From assembly GCA_965649765.1 (NCBI GenBank), contig OZ287748.1, positions 76,508,001-76,572,000 of the forward strand: a stretch of 64,000 nt of DNA, given 5' to 3'. Origin of the DNA: Bispira polyomma. Taxonomy: Eukaryota. The stretch's first letter is position 1, and every line of letters begins with the position of its first letter. Positions 1-12,447 of the stretch are shown here, piece after piece. The notes under the pieces were generated by a model, which was not told where the DNA came from, did no database searches, and saw nothing but the letters and a program-made list of their open reading frames with translations. A program made the position numbers and the translations under genes.

Positions 1-1949
1 TGTAATTAGAATTCAGTGCTTATTATACAGGAAATCACAGCTTTAGGCAGGACTATCTGTGGTCCTACATGCACAATATCACTTCTACTACTGAACGTGT
101 TTGGTTTCACTTCATCCCAAAATACACTGATGGCCATAAATAATTAACTACTTGTCACACAAGATCATTAGGGTTTTCATGCTTGTGTACACAGTCGGTG
201 AAAAGGTAAGGAAGCAATGTGTGGGTGAACAAATAAGTAAGATATTTCAGATACATTACCATAAGATAGCCCCATGTTGGGGTAAGTGAAAACTTTACTG
301 GAAGAAAATGTCACTAAATTACAATTTGTAAGAAATTTTACTGGCATAGAAAAAAGGGTTTTGTTATGCAAATTTAAAGTTTATTTGGAAATTAATATAC
401 TAATTATTTAATCATTAAATTTAAATTTGGTCCTTTTTTCCCAATGCCCCATTCTTCACCATATTGCACGTAAATCGGTTCAAATGGTGTAATATTGATG
501 ATAAATAAAGAAACAAAATAAGATCATTGCTCCCAACTGATACTATTAACAGTTATCTAATAATTTGTCTACAGAATTACGATAAAAGTTTCATTGCAGT
601 CTGTTAAAAATTTAATTTTCTATTAAACTGTTTCAGAAAAATTTCAGAATGAAACTATGATTATAATGGCACTAAATTATAAAACAGGCGAAATCTGAAA
701 TTAAATTACACACATTAACAATCATGTCTCGTCATTTTCAAAATAAGGATATAGTTTTTTTGCTTGCAAACTATTAAATGTGAAAGAAATACCAAAAAAG
801 TAAAAACTAAAACACAACTGCAACATTACTACATCAACAACGTAATCTAGCTTAACCTCATTCTACAAAACTTCTAAAAAGCAGATCCAATTAAGGACTA
901 CACCCTCTGGCCCGTTGCGGTAAAGGGGAAAATGATGCATTAAGATCGGAGGACACCCGGATTTGTCATTGACACCCCAAATGTAATACAAACAGTTGGC
1001 CATAGGCCCATTTGTGTCAATTTAAAATAATATGCTTTGTGGGTTTGACTGTCTGTGAGGAATTTGACGGGCTAAATTGGAAGTTTTCGTGTGTAAAGCA
1101 CTTCATCTGGTTATTACTAATGCTTTATTTGGAAGGTTGCTCTGTTTTGCTGGGCGTGGCTTTGGGAGTAGCTTTATTTCTACTTCCCTAACATTTCATA
1201 ATGTCGTATTTCACTGGACACTATTATAAATATTTGTATTTGTTTTGTATTCAAATTTATACTCATTGATCCACCAGTATATGTTATTAAAACTCTAACT
1301 TTTTCTCCACTGTCGAAGTACCAACCAGCACAATTAAACCAGCCATTTCCATAGCTGAAGAAATTGGCTTGAAAATGATCAAATCGAAGTCTTAGGATAG
1401 GACCCAATGGCAGAGGACTACCATTTTAAGTGGTCATCCGAAGCACTATGTATCTCACTCTACCTTGGTCAAAACCAAGACCTCTGTGTTCCTATAAGTG
1501 AATTTCTTACCCACTGGGGCATAAGTCGGAGATGTATAGTAAATCACTCTTTGACAGAGATTACATACCTTTGCAGTACAATTCATGGGGATGTTAAGAG
1601 ATATTGCACAATTATAAGATTGCTTTTACAAATTTGTGCACACACACATATTAGTATATTGTTATGAGATAATTTTATGTTATACAATAGTATATCTGGC
1701 TGGTATATCCACGTATCAAACATCTGATGAAATAATAATATACATTAAGTAATTTAAATGTAGCCTAAGTAAGTTTGACAAGAACAGCGTTATTTAGCTT
1801 CTATTTCAATTGTATTAGACTAAATTTATAACCTATATATAATGTACAATACCATTATATAAGCATAACAATTTAAAGGCTTATTAAATGTATGCTTGTT
1901 TTAATACTATAAGTAAGACGCCTACATATTTTCCTCAGTAACCTTAACA

Positions 1950-2285
1950 GAGAAATGAGACTTTTATTTTCCTCTGCAAAACCTACAAAGGAGGCTGGAT
2001 TTAGCGCTTTTTCAATTGCCGTCCCTATGTTATGGAATAGTCTCCAGTTTGAAATTAAATCACTAGAAACATTTTCTGGGTTTAGGAGAAAACTTAAAGG
2101 CTATATCTTTAAACTCTCAAACCCCTTTTAATTTCCTTCCTGTACATCTCCACATTCTTCCTTATTATCATGGATATGTTGTTGTTTTTTTTACTTCTCG
2201 GTGGGTTAATTGATTCTATTGTTACGCTTTAGAAGATCCTTTGCATCAATAAGGCACGTACGAAAGCACCATACAATACAATGTA
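1950..2285 (+). mobile_element. L2/CR1-clade LINE 3' fragment (degraded)
   Basis: Translates to ...AFSIAVPMLWNSLQFEIKSLETFSGFRRKLKGYIF..*, the P-x-L-W-N-S-L...F-x-x-x-L-K-x-Y-x-F C-terminal motif of L2/CR1 ORF2, followed by a 3' UTR with a short-repeat tail. Boundaries approximate. Confidence 0.65.
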
Positions 2286-2421
2286 AAGAACAGAAACCAT
2301 AACTGTAAACTATTTCGTTGTTCGCAGGTTAGCATGAAGAAAGTACTGGCCTGTAGTGTGGTAATGAGCTGAGTGGTTTCAATGCTAGTTTCAAACACAT
2401 GCAAGACCACCTTCTTCATTG

Positions 2422-2633
2422 TTACCTCCGACAAGGAGGTCATGTTTTCACCCAGTTTTATCGGCCTGTTTTATCACCAAGATGACACAAGAATTACTTA
2501 ATTGGGTTCAACTAGGCAATCTATTGAAAGCTGCTGCAAATTCTGGTAGAAAGGTGACTCCAGGAATTTGTATGCATATTTGGGCACTATGGTTCGTTGG
2601 TGGAGGTATGTACTCTTTGAGTATCTCTCTAAT
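2422..2633 (+). mobile_element. Non-autonomous Helentron-associated (HINE/DINE-1-like) element
   Basis: Starts TTACCTCCGACAAGGAGGTCATGTTTTC. Subterminal inverted copy TTGGTGGAGGTA near the 3' end, then a short hairpin (TACTCTTTGAGTA) and a CTAATT end. Related copies at ~5474, ~20000 and ~22985. Confidence 0.55.
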
Positions 2634-4949
2634 TACATGTCAAAACATAGTTTTTTCAACTTTTAAAGGATTTGGGTGTTGTGGTCAGCCAAGATCCTGG
2701 TATTTGAATACCCTAATAATGTCAGAAGATTGAAATATCATAAAAATGTCATTCTGTCTTCTTTAACAGCATTTTTGTACAGTAGATACTGTTAAATCAT
2801 GGTTAAAGCTCTAAAGCTCTGTACATAAAGGAACCAGAGACAGAGGATTGGCAATCCCTATTGGCCATGTGGCCTGGATACAGGGTTGTAGATTGACTCG
2901 TATCAATATGAGATCTTCTTCTGTGGGGTATTACTGGGCTTAACTTGATGACTGTCCAAGGTATTGTAGATATCTGCAAATAGAGATGGTCCTTCTTGAC
3001 TATGGAGATAGGAGACATTTTAGTGTACTTGGTGACATATCATGAAGAAGTAGCTAGGTCTTGTAGGTCACTTAAAAACATAAAGTTAAGTGCATACTAT
3101 GAACAAACCTAGTGATTTGGTTTATTACTGCCCTTTTATATGATTATAACTAGTTGAGAATTAGTGGAACAGATGTTGTCTGTAATGACCGATTTACAGG
3201 AGTTGTATTCAGCATTTATTTTAGTCCTTTTAAATTACAAAAAACTGCATTGTGCTGTTGTATGTTTTTGTTTTTCTTATTTCCGTTTTCATATTTATCA
3301 CAAAACAACGGCCTAAAAATTATGTCGTTGGGAATAAAACAAATACATATTTAGCTTTTGGGTCAAAACCACATACAAAATTATGAGATTAATAAAAAAG
3401 TCTAAGGTTGCTTCACATTATTATGTGAATATCACGCTGAAGTTTAGGAATTATCTCCTCAGCGAAAACAATTTTAGCTTTGCAATAACAGTTTACAAAG
3501 ACAGATTATATCATTTTCTTCAGCATACCATTCCTAACTGACAGAGTTAGACAACATTCATAGTGCAAATAAAGTTTAAATTAATACTCCTTAAAATACA
3601 ACAATTACTTCACAATATGCAATAAAGATATAACATAAAACAGCAATTAAGATTTTTATTTTTCCTGATAGACTTTTCATGCAGTCTAACAAAATATATT
3701 CTGTTGCTATGGCAATGTCTGCATCAATACTAAAATAGACAAAGAAGAAGTACAGATTGAGAAAAACAACTGTATTTATTTTAGTTGTAGCTAATTGGAT
3801 ATTGGGGAATCCAGTCAAAATAAACTCGATGATAGACAAGGCTGGCCACTGTGTGTTTCACATTTTCTTCCCCAGCATCTGGTAAACTTTTTTTCATGAT
3901 CATTTTGTACCCTGTTGAACTCCTTTATCAACCCAAAAAGGATGTCAATTTCCTCAAACCATGTGTTATTAAAGCACACTTTAGTAAAAAATTATTATTT
4001 TGTAAAGTGCTAAAAGAGACAGCTGCAATGGTGGGTTTTTTTTCATGAGGCATCATAGAAATAATATCTGCTGTTATAAAAAGGGTTTATCGAGGGTCAC
4101 CAAATGGGTCTGAAGCTCTTCAAACTACACCAAGAGACACATAATGGACACAATGGAACCAGTTTTATGATGTGTTCTGGTACTAAAACCTGAGTGTTGT
4201 TTAACCCCCCTTCATTGTAGACATGTATTAGAGCTTCTCATAATCTCATGTTCTCATGTAATTTACCTTTATTGCCAATGACACTAAGGACATTTGTTGT
4301 GGTTATTTTGCAAATGTATATCAGTTACTAGTTCCAGGCTTATGTCATAATCAATATTTATGTTACTGGTTAATAGATAAGCAGATGGTTAAAATTGCTA
4401 GATGTATAGTGGGCTCAGGTGTCCACTTATAATAAATAGCAGATCCATGAGTGTAACTATGAATACTAATACTACAAAAACATAGATTTTATAACTGATA
4501 TTACTACAACTGGTAAGCAAGGTAAATATATTATACTAGCTGTTATATGTATCTACATTCTGGTCAAATTAACACAAATCAATAAAAAAAAATTAAAATA
4601 GCCAACAAAACCTTACTCTAATATGAATTTGATTGCATCATAATATTGAAGATACCTTTTGTAATGCATAAAACCCCATAAATAAATAATACAATGTATT
4701 ATAATTCAGGCTTTACCTTTTACTATGTACTTGGATCAGAAATAAAATATTATCCCTATCCCCTATTTTCTTTCATAAGTGAGACACAAAATGTATACAA
4801 AGAAATAGAGAGGGAAATAGAGAAACCCCTAGTAATTCCTGCAAGGGAGTCCAGACATCTGAGCTTGAATTCTCCAAAGAAATTCATGCTTAAAAACTCA
4901 TATACTCACCTCAAATATAGGTCCCTATGTCAAAATCCTTGTACATGAA

Positions 4950-5095
4950 CAAATAACCTATACTTGTGACCATTTATTTTAACAGAGCTGCCAACACTGA
5001 ATTAAAATATGAAGTCAGATTGTAGATTAGTGTACTTGTTAATCTAGAGCTATAGGCAATCCAGATTTTGAGTTTGAGTAGGTGCTTGAGCTGAG
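4950..5095. repeat. Dispersed repeat (MITE-like), shared with 10200-10345 and partly 9680-9730
   Basis: AAATAACCTATACTTGT(G/A)ACCATTTATTTTAA(C/T)AGAGCT... recurs at 4951 and 10201; both copies end in TTGAG-rich repeats. Confidence 0.6.
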
Positions 5096-5473
5096 TCTAC
5101 GTTCGCGGATTACGGTCTATGAGACACTGAACAGTTAAGGCTGGGTTTAATAAAGGGAGACAAGCTTGACAATTTAGTGCCTCCTCCAACGTAAAAATGT
5201 CATTTGTCTTCCATGCTCAAAAAAGTAAAGGGTTTTTTTTCTCTGTCTAGTTCTTCTTCTAAAGAGTAATTTCTGTATTTGTCAGAATACAGTAGAAAAT
5301 AGTTCAAACTCCCATAGTTTCATTAAGGTTATTAACTGGAAATGTCTTCATATATGGTAATGTCTTAATGAATTGATTATTATTGCCAGTAAAAATGTAT
5401 AGGGTTAACTATTCTTGTTAGATACAGTCAAGGTTGAAATTTTAGCTGGAAGAACATTGCACTAATTAGTTTA

Positions 5474-5737
5474 GTCAGGGAGGTTATGTTTTTGCTGGTG
5501 TTCATGGCTTGGTTTCGTGTTGTTGATTTTGAAACCAGGTTTACACACAAAAAATTGTACTGAACCAATTAACACAAACTTTAGTGAAGGGATGTAGCTT
5601 GAATCACAGAAGATTTTATTACATTTTAACGGATTTTACTAGAAGGGCAGATGTAAGATTTTTTTTTTTTTGATTTTTTTTTGGGGGGGGTGACAGCTTG
5701 GCGGGGGCATGTGGTATACTGGCTGCCCTTTTTGTTT
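5474..5737 (+). mobile_element. HINE/Helentron-like non-autonomous element (degraded)
   Basis: GGAGGTTATGTTTT start motif and TTGGCGGGGGCATG 3' motif match the copy at 2422. Confidence 0.45.
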
Positions 5738-7684
5738 CTCAATTTTTTCTTGTAATTGTGTTGCTTACGTCAGCTATGATCATTTCTTATTGTGAGGTAG
5801 AATAGTGCTGAGTGGGTTTTCATTCTTTTGTTAATGTCATATTTCCTGTTTGACATATATTGTATTGTTTGCTGACGACATAATCTGTGATTCGCAAACT
5901 ACTGTGTGGTGAAAACCCTTAGCATTGATATTCAGCAAAGTGTGGCCACATTGTTAATTTGAGGTTAAAAATAGCTCAAATCGCGGGAAATTATTAGTGG
6001 GCGGACTGCAATTTTGACAAGTTAAAAGCTAGTTTTGTTTACTGTGGCAGATTTTTCTCTATTATATTTGATTAGCATTGGCCTTTTTCAGCAGAGTATG
6101 TATTTACTTAATTTAGTCCCCGCAGTAATGCTGCCATATAAAAGACGCACTCTATTTTTCTATACAACCAAAGCGACCTACTTTGAGAAATGTGTAGTAA
6201 AAATTCCCTTTTACAACAATGATCATTGGAATCATGGTAAAAACTGCATGGGAATAACATTTGATATTCTTTATATTTTATTTTTTTAATTGGCATATAC
6301 CATATACAGACTGTACATTGTACATGGCAAACAAACATCACAAAGTTGAAATATAACGCCAGTTTTAATCTCAGAAGGTAAAAATACAGGCAATTAACCT
6401 ATATTGGCTAATCTTGTTTGTCCAAATTTTATCCAACAGAAAATATATTTTCTAAGTATAAGCAATTTACATACCAATATTGTCTCCAAAAGTAACTAGG
6501 TACTATTACTTATATTGCCAAAATGGAAGCATTTGTTATATTTGATGGAAACATCTAAAGCGTGAATGGTCCAATAAGCAAAAAGCAAGAAAAGTGTTAG
6601 TAATGAACACTAAAAGGGAAAAAAGATGGTAACAAAATAGCAGAGAATGGTTAACTATGTATCATACGATTGTCATTAAAAAATAGCTCTTATTGCAACT
6701 ACGAGAACAAAATCCATCTTTGCAAAAGTAATTTGGTTAAATGCCCACAGTCATACAGACGTCTTCGTTTACTGTAAATAGGTGACGAATTATGTATCCA
6801 TTTCAATGACATGGTCGTAAACAGATTTTGATGTTTATTCCTCCAAACGGAATTTTGTATTAATTTAATCCTTTCCATTACAAGGTTAACAAGAGGAAGA
6901 AACATATTAGGTATCTGGGTCCTTCCTTCTAAAGAAATTTACTCCTTCAAACAGAGATACAAAATAAGGGGTTGTTTTCTTGTGAGATGGGTGGAATGGG
7001 GTCATAGTTCTGATGTAACCCACTGATGGGAGTATTAACCACACCAGCGTAGCTACGTGAGGGTTGGAGTAAATAAATAAACTTAATTGGCCAAACAGAA
7101 ATTTGCAATAAGTCTATGTAAGAATTTGCTATTTTAAAGCTATGGAACGACTGGGAAGAACCCTCATGAAATGTGCTTTTATATAGAGACAGCAGAACCA
7201 AATAATAATTTTCATAGACAAAATGGGAGAACAATAGCATTCAATAGAGCACAGCCACCATGTAATGGCCATCGGACAGCCCATCAAAATGAGGTGAATA
7301 TAGCTTATTATACTTGTAATCCCGATCTGCATCAAAGTGTAATGATTTCCTTCTTGGCTCATGCCCTAGCCATTCACACACTTTGGTCAAAATCGGTTTA
7401 TCAGTTGTTATGCAACAAACAAACCCTCAGAGGGGCAAAAACATAACCTTCTCTCCCTTCATGATATTTTAAAGTGTTTTGTTAATTGTGTTTTGGTAAT
7501 TGTCTGTTCCTATCATTCCCAAACATCGTTTGTCCACAGAATGACCACAGTGGTTTTTCAAAGTGGTTAACCAAGAACCCTGTTATCACCAGACTAAGTT
7601 TTGAGAGACAATAACGATTGTAGCATTTATAATTCTGGGAACCCAACTAATATCACTGTTGACATATCTTTTTATTACTATTAG

Positions 7685-7880
7685 CATTTATATAGCACCC
7701 TAATAATATATCATTCTCTAAACATCTCATTTTTCGAAATGGATAGCATAAGCTCGGTCATCATCAATAACCAAAGCAATGTTTATGCCTTATCCCAGAA
7801 TGTTGCTTCACTAGTAGACCTATTAGCATTAGTAGGAGTCGAACCGATGACCTTCCAATTACATGACCAATGCTCCCATG
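7685..7880 (-). mobile_element. Degraded tRNA-derived SINE
   Basis: Minus-strand B-box-like GGTTCGACTCC at ~7835-7845 and a GTGCTATATAAATG-type tail at ~7685-7700. Confidence 0.35.
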
Positions 7881-10062
7881 TGGGTGTCCAATCAGGGACC
7901 TTCCAATCACCCAACCAACTTCCCCAACTTGTAGTCTAAACACAAATATTCTAATCATAAGACCAACTCCCTAACCCTTCAGGCCATCGGAGACCAAGAT
8001 ATCTAGAATAAAGTATTACAACAAATGTCCATTTATTAGTAAATATAGCACAGGAGCCATCTAGTACATTCTAAGGGGTAAGATGTCTAAGGCCATATGC
8101 CATGGGCAGAATCACTAAAGAGCCCCCTGCCTAGCAGTGATCAATGGTTTGTTGCATGCCCAAGATGACCACACTAAATTAGCTGGCCATGTAATTGCTT
8201 CAGCTACAAGGAATTGATCTTAATGGGATCGGCTTTTATGGGGGATAAATTTCCTCCTAGAAAGCCGTCTTTGTGTGTTATTTATAGCCGCAGAAAGCTA
8301 CAGGGCATTGAGTTGCAAATTTTTTTCGGGGGTACTACAATATTTTTTCTTTGCCTTGAATTTTTTATCAACAATCTTTGCAGGCAAACAGAATATGCAT
8401 CTTCTTATATCAATTGCTTAATCTGAAATAACAGTCTGAAACATTATTTTAATGCTATTTATATGCAAACCAACAAAAACATAGACTGTATAAAAAAGAT
8501 ACTATAGAAAAAAATATGTAATAACGTTTTATTGGATAACAATCAGTTTCTTGTCTGTCAAACTACAGTGATAATATAAAACAGAAGAGGGTTTTGGCCT
8601 GGTTTGTTGTTGTATTTTTGTGCTAAAATTCAATTACTGCTGTGACATATGGGGTAAAATGTATCACTTTGTTTTGTGTTGACGAGATCCTGGTTTGATC
8701 TTTGGCACATATATATTTATGATCACATGACACAGAGCACAAAAAAAAACATGTTTTATACATTAACTATAGAAAAATATGAACAAAAGTCAGACAGTAC
8801 ATCAAGTCAAGCTCTTTATTGTTTTGTGATATAAAATGACATTGTGAAGACATAAGCTGTCAGATTATCTTCAATCCTTTACAACCACTTAGCTCTGGGG
8901 GTCAGACTACTTACTTCAGTGGCTTTAGTACTTTATGGCCACATCTGCTTTTCTTTCTTCTTCATGCACTCTCCCTTATGGCAAATGTCAAGCTTTTCAA
9001 GCTATATTTATCAGCTTTCCTATTTATAAATTGCTCCTCTTCAAACCCATGGGGTGGGGAGCCTAGAATTTCCAATCCATGAACAGGTTAAGCATCAACA
9101 TACTTTGTGACTATTAGGTGAAATCCCTTTGCATTATACGAATTATATATTTCATGTCAGATAAACAATTTGAGCCATGTTCACAGCTTCAAAGGAATAT
9201 GTATGATTTATTTCCTTTCTTCTATCTTATGAAAATGGGTTATTTTTATATTCAAGATGAGGCTGCTAAGGACAAAGGTCCATGAACCAGCTACACCGGA
9301 TATCCATTAACTAGTTATGACCAGCTCTCTCTGAGAACTAGAGTCAACATTACTTCCCTCCAAAAACAAAATTGCTTGACCAGTCACCCTAATGTGGGGA
9401 TACTGCCCCCTTTGTGCTCAACTGCATCAAGTTTTACATTTCATTTATTCTCATTGCTCTAGTCATTAACCTTTCCCTATTTTTACTACCGGCTATAGCC
9501 GCCTGTGCTACCATAATCCTATATACTCCACAATGGATGCAGTCAGACAGATGTAAAAGGACTGTCCAGGAATGGATTTATTAAAGGTCTCAAACTTAAA
9601 CCCATGCTCGAACTTAAATATCACATGAATGTAGATGTTCTAATTGATTTTGAAATGACCTAAACATGTTACATTCGTTTTCATAGAGCTTTCAGTGAGG
9701 AACTGTAATATTTGAGTCAGACTTTAGATATCTTTGTTGTACACATAGCAGGACATATTTGGATATTTTTCTGAGATTAAGATTTTTAATAAATATGGTT
9801 CCAGTTCTATGTCTGTAGTTTCTCAAATCTCAAGTTCAGTTCAGACTCAAGCTCCACCCCAGTATCTCTCTATCTCTGATAAGATGGGGCAGGTACATCC
9901 AATCTGACGGTTTATTTGAATTCATTGCTGAAAGATCTGTTAAGTTAAATGGTTATGCAGATATTGTTACAGGTTATTTCCACACACAAGAGTTACATAC
10001 AGCCCTCGTTAGAGTTTGTATCTTAGTTTTGATTTTGAGTTCTTCTGGAGCATCAGAGCAGT

Positions 10063-10345
10063 GGGCCCCATTTTTTTCCAAACAAACTCAAGCTCAGGAC
10101 CAACTCACAGGTACTAGGGTGGACGTAAAATACCCCAATTAAATTAAATTAAAACTCAGGATCAATCAAATGAAAGCCATGTGTTAGTCATTGTAGGTGG
10201 AAATAACCTATACTTGTAACCATTTATTTTAATAGAGCTTTCAGTGCTAAATTCAAATATGCAGTCTGCTTCTTAGCCTGAAATATGGGTACTTGAGTTG
10301 AATTGAGCTTGAGTTGAGTTTGAGATATTTCTAGAATACGACCAC
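10063..10345. repeat. MITE-like repeat with CTCAA/TTGAG inverted subterminal repeats
   Basis: AAACTCAAGCTCA near the left end versus TGAGCTTGAGTT...TTTGAG near the right end; internal homology to 4950-5095. Confidence 0.45.
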
Positions 10346-10654
10346 TGGGGTAGTAGTTAGTGTCTTACCGTATATAAATCATTAAGTTAAATGGAGATTG
10401 GTGTTGAGGGCAATAACACTAACACCTTAATGGGAGAAAAAAAGGGAAATCTACCGTTCCTTAATTCACTTATCTCTGAATGAGACTCCTACTACATGGT
10501 GTAGAAGTGAAGATATTTGATATAATGGTTCTATGACAAACATTTCCTTTTCAGAAATATTATCACAGTTTTCCACAATTATTGTAGTAGTAGGCTGTAC
10601 TGTAATATATAAAAGGGGTGTTAATTACTTCATGTTTAGAAGTATTTGTTTGAA

Positions 10655-10836
10655 AATCACTGGCCTCTCACCAATGAGGTTTCTAAAACCCTGTATGTTC
10701 GTTCATGTGCGAACGTTTGTCAGGTACTTGCCATAGGCCGGTGGTTTATGGTATTTCAAGACCGGTTTCCTCCACCGCTAGATATGGCCATCATCATATG
10801 ACCTAAGCTGTTGAAAGTAGCGTAAACGACAACAAA
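10655..10836 (+). mobile_element. tRNA-derived SINE (5'-degraded), same family as 27691-27912
   Basis: ATCACTGGCCTCTCA...GGTTTCCTCCAC...ACCTAAGCTGTTGAAA...GTAAA is shared with the minus-strand copy at 27.7-27.9 kb and with tail fragments at ~15920-15985. Confidence 0.6.
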
Positions 10837-12049
10837 ATTCTAAGATATATAAAATTTAATTATTCAGCATTTGTTACATTTATCGATTTCAAAATATTAG
10901 CATCTTACCCGATGGATGAGCTGTGTTTGATCCGATTCCCAGATACAGGCCATGTAAAATGGGAGACTTTCTGTAATTGGGCCCTATCTCTATAGATGCT
11001 TATCTATAAGCCTCTGTGTTCAGTCAGGGAAATGACCGGTTATATAGATTTCTGCAGTTAATAATGGGTAAAGTAATCTATTTCCATACCATATATATAT
11101 CACTAAATGCAACTTTAGAACCTATGCTTGTTTGAGACCGCATTTTTATAACCATGGAATTATATTAAGGATTTCATTCTCACTTAAACTAAATGTTATT
11201 GATTAATACTTGAATTTTTTTTTTTTTTTTTTTTTTGGGGGGGAGGGGGTATTTTTTATGTACGAAAAGAATTATTTATTTATTCCATTTAAAACCCTCT
11301 CTTCTTGTAATTGAACACAGCTATAACACAACAGTAAAGTTGTGTACTGTAATTATGTGATATTGTCATCAATGGGTGTTCATTATATGCTGTAACCCTA
11401 ACTTTCTTCATGTAGTAAACAATTTATTAACAACCATTTTACACAGGCATCAAATTTGAAGATCAGTGAAAATGATGCTGAAATGGACCTGAATTAAACA
11501 CAATATCATGACGCCGCCCATGCATTTTATTAATTAAATAAAAAGTGTTATTTGGTGCCTTAGGTCAAATGTCTTGGTTTTTTACATGTATTTGATATGA
11601 ACAAATGAAACCGGTATGGAATATAATGCAAATTTCAAGGCCAGAAGAGCCATTATTTACAGGGTTTTTTGGTCAAGGTTGTTCCTGGTATGAAATAATA
11701 TCTCCAAACATTTTCTTGACTGGGGAATAAAAAGGCTGTGAATGGCATAACAAGATTTTGTCAACAAAACAACTATTTTATTTTATTTTTATTGGAGCAA
11801 TTTTTCTTATTATGGTTAATAGTGTTTAAATAATGTGGATTTATCATTAGTAACCAGAATAAAATTAACATAAATTTACTAACTATATAGTAACAGTACT
11901 TCACTGTACGACGATACCTGGGCTGGTATTCACGAAAGATTCTTATTTTTAAATGCTTGTCTTAAGCAATTTGATAGGCTGAAATATGTTTTATAGAATC
12001 TAATTGGCTGATATTAAGAAAATTCTAAAAATTTACTTTTAAAATTGTG

Positions 12050-12447
12050 TGTATGGAAAAAGAAGTTTACTGTTAGGGGATATCTGTTATCGATTGGGTC
12101 TGTTAAAAGTTTTTTTTCCGTTGTCATGTGAAACTGACCAATAGTCTTAGTACCGTGTTACAGACAACATTGACATGTATATGGAAACAGTAGTTTACTG
12201 TTAGGGGACACCTGTTATTGATTAGGTCTGTTAAAATCCATATCACATTGTCATTTAAAACTGGCCACTGGGGCTAGAACCAGGTTACAGATAACATGGA
12301 CATGTATATGGAAGCAATAGTTTACTGTTAGGGGATACCTGTTATTGATTAGGTCTGTTAAAAATTCATATTATTATTACCACTTTAAACTGCCCAATGC
12401 TGTTACAGATAGCATGGACTGGTATATGGAAACAGTAGTTTACTGTC
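12050..12447. repeat. Tandem repeat, ~128-bp unit, ~3.2 copies
   Basis: TATGGAA...AGTTTACTGTTAGGGGA...CTGTTAT.GATT.GGTCTGTTAAAA...GTTACAGA recurs at ~12052, 12180 and 12307, with a partial copy at ~12424. Confidence 0.9.

Noticed and set aside
12050-12447. CRISPR-like array
   Set aside because: Whole units are homologous with no unique spacers, no cas genes, and the context is eukaryotic.
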